From positions 124,001 through 149,229 of the forward strand of contig RSEE01000138.1 of assembly GCA_003971905.1 (NCBI GenBank): a stretch of 25,229 bases of DNA, written 5' to 3'. The stretch is from Moniliella sp. 'wahieum'. Its lineage: Eukaryota. The translations under genes were made by a program, and so were the position numbers. The notes under the pieces were generated by a model. That model saw only the letters and a list, made by a program, of their open reading frames with translations. It was not told the origin of the DNA and ran no database searches. This document shows, in pieces, positions 20,819 through 25,229 of this stretch; position 1 is the stretch's first letter; every line of letters starts with the position of its first letter.

Positions 20819-23800
20819 CTACACGGGCTCGGCAGGGCGGTAGAGAATGGTGGTGACGTACTTGCCGCGGTAGCGCGTGGTGGTCGAGACGCTGAGCACG
20901 CCGCGCTTGATGGACGAGGCGGCGAGGTGATGGAGCACGGCATGGTTCGGAGCGGGCAAGACCGAGTTATCGTCCACGCGCACCAGGTCCGCTGGCGCCC
21001 CGGCCGCACTCACGCCCACGCCCACACCCACACCCACGCCCAAGACCGCATTGAGAATCACCTTCTCCAACTGGCGCGGCAAGGGCGGTGGACCGCAGTC
21101 GTCCGTGGCCGAAGCCTGTGCGACGACCGAGGTGACTTGCGCCGCCGCTTCGTCCGGCGGCACACCAGCGGCCACAGCGGCCGCTTCGGCATCCGCCTCC
21201 GCTTGCGCTTCCCGCTCCTCCGCTTCCTCCACCCACCGCGGCACCTCGCTCGACCACTCCCACTCGGCCTCCGACTGCGGCAGAAGCGGCGTCCAGTCGT
21301 ACGGCTGCGTCGGAACCGACTTGATTGCACTGCCATCATGCGCCAGCGCCCCCACCACTCCATGCCCGGCCCCCGTCCTGTTCCATCCCGAGCTTGCTCC
21401 TTCTTGTCCCCAGGCGGGGATGGGGGGCGGACTGGGCCCAGCGGCGCTGGCGCGCCTCTTGCTCTGCCTCTGCCGCTGCCTCCTCCTCTGCCTCCCCTCC
21501 CCCGCCCCCTCCCCCCTCGCCCTTCAGCGAGGCGACCGTCTCTGCTCGGGGGGTATCGTGCCACTGCGCACCGTGGCGGTAGCGGTAGCGGTAGAGGGAA
21601 CAGTGGATGTAGAGGCAGTGGTAGAGGCAGTGGTAGTGTAGTGACCGAGGCAGAGGGGGTGAGGGCGGCGGGCGTACCGCCTTGCGGCGAGTCAACATGG
21701 ACAAAGTTGACCAAGTGCCCTCGCCATCGACGGCCGTCGGAAGCGCATGCGACACCCGCCACCGATCGTCCACAATAAACTTTAACCGATGCGTACCGGG
21801 CGGCAAACGGACCGTTGTCGACCACGTTTCTGTCGGCGCCTTCGACCTCGCCTCGGACGCCGACTCGGACTCGCGCGCGGTCCTGGAGGGAATCGCGGCA
21901 TCGCCTCCCTCGGCCTCGTTCTGCTCCCGCTCGCCGATGCGGCCTGGGCCTCGACCCACAGCAGGCACGCGCCGGTGCAGGTGCAACGGAATCTTGGCAT
22001 GCCAATCCTCAGCAAACGTGCCTGTCACATACACGCGTTTAGCTCCGCTGCTCGTATCCGCGGAGCCGTCTGGGCCGAACCGGATCCGGCACTTGTCCCT
22101 GCCCCCCCGGACCAAGTCAGACGCACACTGACCAACCGGTCCCCCGCAGCCCCAGCCCCGGCGGAAGACGACTTGGGCGAGGGCGCATGGTGGTGGTGGT
22201 GATGGTGCCGATGCCGTCGACGGAGGGAGTGTACGTGGTGCGCACGCGCCGTCGAAGGCGTACTGCGCGCATGCTCTTCGCGCTGTTTGGACTTGGCCTC
22301 AGCCGGCGCGGCAGCCACAGACGGTACAGGCGGTGAAGGCGGTACGGACGCTTCAGGCGGTACAGGCGGGGCGGTTAGGCCCAGCCCCGTGGTGGCGCGC
22401 ATGGGCGACGGTGCATGTGCATGTGCGCCGGACGGGAGGCGAGGCGTCATGCCCAACCCCAACCCCGGTCGAGGCGGCGCGGCAGTGGGCGTGCGGTCGA
22501 GCTCGGACGCTGCCCAGCTGGCCACCGCTGGTCCAGCGGATGCAACGGCATGGCCAACGGTCGCGCCCGCGGCGTCGGCGTACGCGACCGGTCCCGTCGA
22601 TCAGGACTGGCACTGGGCACCCCCATCCCCATCCCCATACCCGTGCTGCCCGGGTCAGCTGGGGCGGGCGCAGCGGGCTCAGCAGCGATTGGGGTGAGGA
22701 CAGAGGGTGTGTGGGTGCGGGCTCGCTGGGATCGTTGGGCTCGCTAGCTTGGGGACGCGCTGGGGGGGGCAAAACGGGCGCAGCAAGAGAAGTGGAAGTG
22801 GAGGAGGATGAGGAAGAGGGGAATGGATCTGAGGAAACGGGTACTCGTATGTTCGGCGTCCGGCGAGGCGATCCAGAGCCCCGGCGGGACCGCTGGGGGT
22901 CGTGGTGGCTGCTGCACCTGGGGAGGGGCGCGTGCGCGTCGGCCAGAAGTGTTCTGCCTCGGGTCCCGGTTCGGTTCGGGCCTCGGTCCCCGCCTCGGCG
23001 TCGGGGGTGGGACGAGGATGGAGGCCGAGGTGGTGAGCACGAGGCGAGGCAGGCACGACGACGACGCGGAAGCCAGCCCGCCAGCCAGCTCCGCGACGCA
23101 CATCGGTCCATCCAGTTTGGTAGGCCGAGGGACGGGAGACGACGCTGGAGGAGCACCGGAGGCGGGGAGGAGCAGGCGGCGAGATCGCAGCGGGGATGGG
23201 TGGTCAGGAAACTCGGTAGGAATGCGCAGGTAGGAAGGCACTGGAGCAGGCTGTCCAGCCCTTCGGCCTCGCCTCAGCGTCCGCCCCGGTGCGGTAGGCG
23301 TGCCGCCCGTGCCGCTCCGCCTCGACGTTGCCGCGTGAGGGCGGCCCGAGCTCGGCCTGCGCCGGCGTAGGCGCATACGACGCGTGCGGCGAGCCGGCTC
23401 GCGACGACATTCGCGAGGACAGGCCGACGGACGAAATGGCAGAGACCGAAGCGGAGGCCGACGCGGACGCTGATGCTGAGCCGGCCGACGCGACGAGGCC
23501 GAGGCCGGGCGGGGGTGGGTGGCTGCGTGCACGCGCGGGGGCGAGCGCGGCGAGGGCGCTCGAGTCGTACACGCCCAAGGGTGCGGAGGGTGTGGGCGGC
23601 GGCGAGGGCGCGGGGCGGGCGGCGGCGGCGCCGATGGCGGCGTGTGGGTCGGAGGGGAAGTGGGGGTAGGGGCGGGTGGCGAGTGGGCCTGGCTGGGCGG
23701 GCGGTGTGGCTGAGCGGGCGCTCGGGGGGCAGCGGCGGCGGCGGCGGCGGCGCGGCGTGGGAGAGCCGCGGCGGCTGCGGGGCGGCGGCGGCTGAGCCGG

Positions 23801-23990
23801 CGTTGCGCCGGTGGGTGTGGGGCACGAGCGAGGCGGCGCGTGCGGCGGCGGCGCGGACGAGTGCGGGCGGGGCGAGGCGAGGGTGGGCTGGCGGAGGGCG
23901 ACGACGGTTGGATGGCCGCGGTCGGCGGGCGCGAGCTGCGGGCTGAGTGGGAGGCGCGCGCGAGCCAGGCGTCGACGGCACGGCACCCAT
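20819..23990 (-). CDS. GAL83: SNF1/AMPK protein kinase complex beta subunit (Gal83/Sip2 family) with long low-complexity N-terminus; apparent frameshifts
   Basis: N-terminal MGAVPS fits the MGxxxS myristoylation consensus. CBM48/glycogen-binding domain: VSVRLTWSGG..KRVYVTGTFAEDWHAKIPL...STTVRLPPGTHRLKFIVDDRWRVSHALPTAVDGEG.LVNFVHVD. C-terminal ASC/AMPKBI domain: PPPLPRQLEKVILNA...DDNSVLPAPNHAVLHHLAASSIKRGVLSVSTTTRYRGKYVTTILYRP. The symbol denotes the family, not strict orthology. Confidence 0.92.
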
Positions 23991-24313
23991 TGGCGGAAGA
24001 GGTGGTGGTGGTGGTAATGGCAATGGCATGACGGTGGTGGTGGTGTGGTGGTGGTGGTTAAGGTAATGACAACGGCGATGGCGATGGCGAGCGTAGAAGC
24101 AAGACGGCGGGACGGAGGCGGCAGCGCCGGCATGTGCATCCCATGCGTCATCACATCCACATCCCCTCCTGTGCGCCGCCCCCCCGCAGCGGTGCAACGG
24201 GCGCACGTGACCCGCCGTTCGATGCGCCAATTAGTAACAACCCTACGCTGCGCCCGCGGCAAACCACCACCACCTCGGCTGCTCCCCCCCGTGCTCCTCC
24301 TCCAGCCTGCTCG
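23991..24313. promoter_or_regulatory. Compact divergent promoter between the SNF1 beta subunit and the NDUFB2-like gene
   Basis: Head-to-head starts ~320 nt apart. Contains CACGTGAC (24204-24211, bHLH E-box) and CCAAT (24227-24231). Motif function is inferred only. Confidence 0.5.
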
Positions 24314-24733
24314 ATGCGTGCACGCCTGTCCGTCCGTTTGCGCTGCGCGTGTGCTGCGTGCGCCCCTCCGCGCGTCCCCCGCCGTCCGCAGCGGCGGCCC
24401 ACCACGCCCCGACGCCCGGCACGGGCATCTACGCGCCCAAGTTCGGGTTTGCGCCCTACCAGCCCCCGCGCGTCGAGCGCGTCTTTGCCCAGATCCTCGG
24501 CGGCTGCACCTGGCTCTGGATCCTGTTCAGCTTCAAGCGCGACGGCCTCTCTCTGATTGTGCGTCTCTTTCTTTTCTCCCGCGTCTTCCGCCTGTCTGCT
24601 GACCCTTCCCCTTCCCCCCCCGCAGGGCCTGAGCAACCCCTTCCAGGAGTTCGAGGACGATGGGAGCAGATCCAGCAAGGAGTACGACGCCGCCTGGGCG
24701 CGCAAGGTCGCCGCCGAGGCTGAGGACGAGTAG
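24314..24733 (+). CDS. NADH:ubiquinone oxidoreductase accessory subunit, NDUFB2/AGGG-like; intron 24559-24625, indels in the N-terminus
   Basis: Presequence-like ARVLRAPLRASPAVRSGG, then (frameshift) HHAPTPGTGIYAPKFGFAPYQPPRVERVFAQILGGCTWLWILFSFKRDGLSLI|GLSNPFQEFED. This matches the plant/fungal NDUFB2 pattern LGxxxWxWIxxxxKxDGxxxxGxxxP(W/F). Intron GTGCGT...GCTGAC...CGCAG (67 nt). Start codon position is uncertain. Confidence 0.78.
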
Positions 24734-24786
24734 GATGCCACAATCCCATCTGCCAATCTATAGATCGTCCCTCCCCCCCCCCCTGG

Positions 24787-25229
24787 TTAACGCCCCTGGT
24801 TGGGTTCATGCAGTAGAATGACAATGCAGTATTGATGTTCCTCAGTCGTGAATGTTGTTCGGGCGCGCTCGGGCGCTCGGTTCGGGGTCGAGGGAGTTAG
24901 GAGTGTGTTACCGTGCATATGAGCGCGGAACATGGACTCGATTGTTTGGGTTGCTTGGTCGGCTTGGGTGCTGCACTTGGCGTGCCCCGAGTGGATTTCT
25001 GTTGGTGGCGCCTCTGGGTTTGTTCGGACCGTGGCGACGACGACGGGCGGCGGCGGCGGCAAGGCAGGCCGACTGCCCGCTCGCTTTGGGCTGCCAAACA
25101 CGCTTTTCCACTCGAGCACCAAAGGGTCCGCACGGACTTGGACGGCGCAAAGCCCTGCACCACCTGCAGCGTGGCCAGCTGCGTAGCGCGCGAGAGAGCC
25201 ACATAGACCTGGCCGCGCTCAAACGCGCG
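24787..25229 (-). CDS. PIF1: 3' end of a Pif1/Rrm3-family DNA helicase (partial; continues beyond the window)
   Basis: RAFERGQVYVALSRATQLATLQVVQGFAPSK..ADPLVLEW matches the Pif1 C-terminal motif FExGQxYVALSRA...LQV..F.P.KV. There is a frameshift near 25135. The true stop could lie anywhere in ~24787-24910. Confidence 0.85.

Noticed and set aside
24897..25229. Helitron-borne Pif1 helicase
   Set aside because: The visible motif context and GC3-rich codons fit a cellular Pif1/Rrm3, and no Helitron 3' hairpin plus CTRR end was seen. The rest of the gene is outside the window.

Overview
GC-rich, intron-poor fungal genomic DNA. It is most likely a basidiomycete (probably Ustilaginomycotina), judged from the protein styles and the short GTACGT/GTGCGT...CTRAC...YAG introns. 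Nearly every conserved gene is broken by 1-2 nt indels, which looks like unpolished long-read assembly error, so the gene models here are stitched across frames by motif recognition. From left to right the window holds: an Mrh4-like DEAD-box helicase (-); a small CxxC-x10-CxxC zinc-ribbon ORF (+); a 5'-truncated RLE-type (CRE-like) non-LTR retrotransposon remnant (-) next to a (CACCAAG)10 microsatellite and bracketed by two diverged, foldable ~110-nt direct repeats; a TPX2 C-terminal-domain protein (+); alpha-aminoadipate reductase LYS2 (-); a spliced 62-aa stand-alone TFIIB-type zinc-ribbon microprotein divergent from LYS2 that the ORF track misses (+); the SNF1/AMPK beta subunit (-); a divergent complex I NDUFB2-like subunit (+); and the 3' end of a Pif1-family helicase (-). 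The best novelty candidates are the two Thr/Pro-leader zinc-ribbon microproteins, the structured repeat pair, and possible alternative initiation controlling myristoylation of the SNF1 beta subunit.
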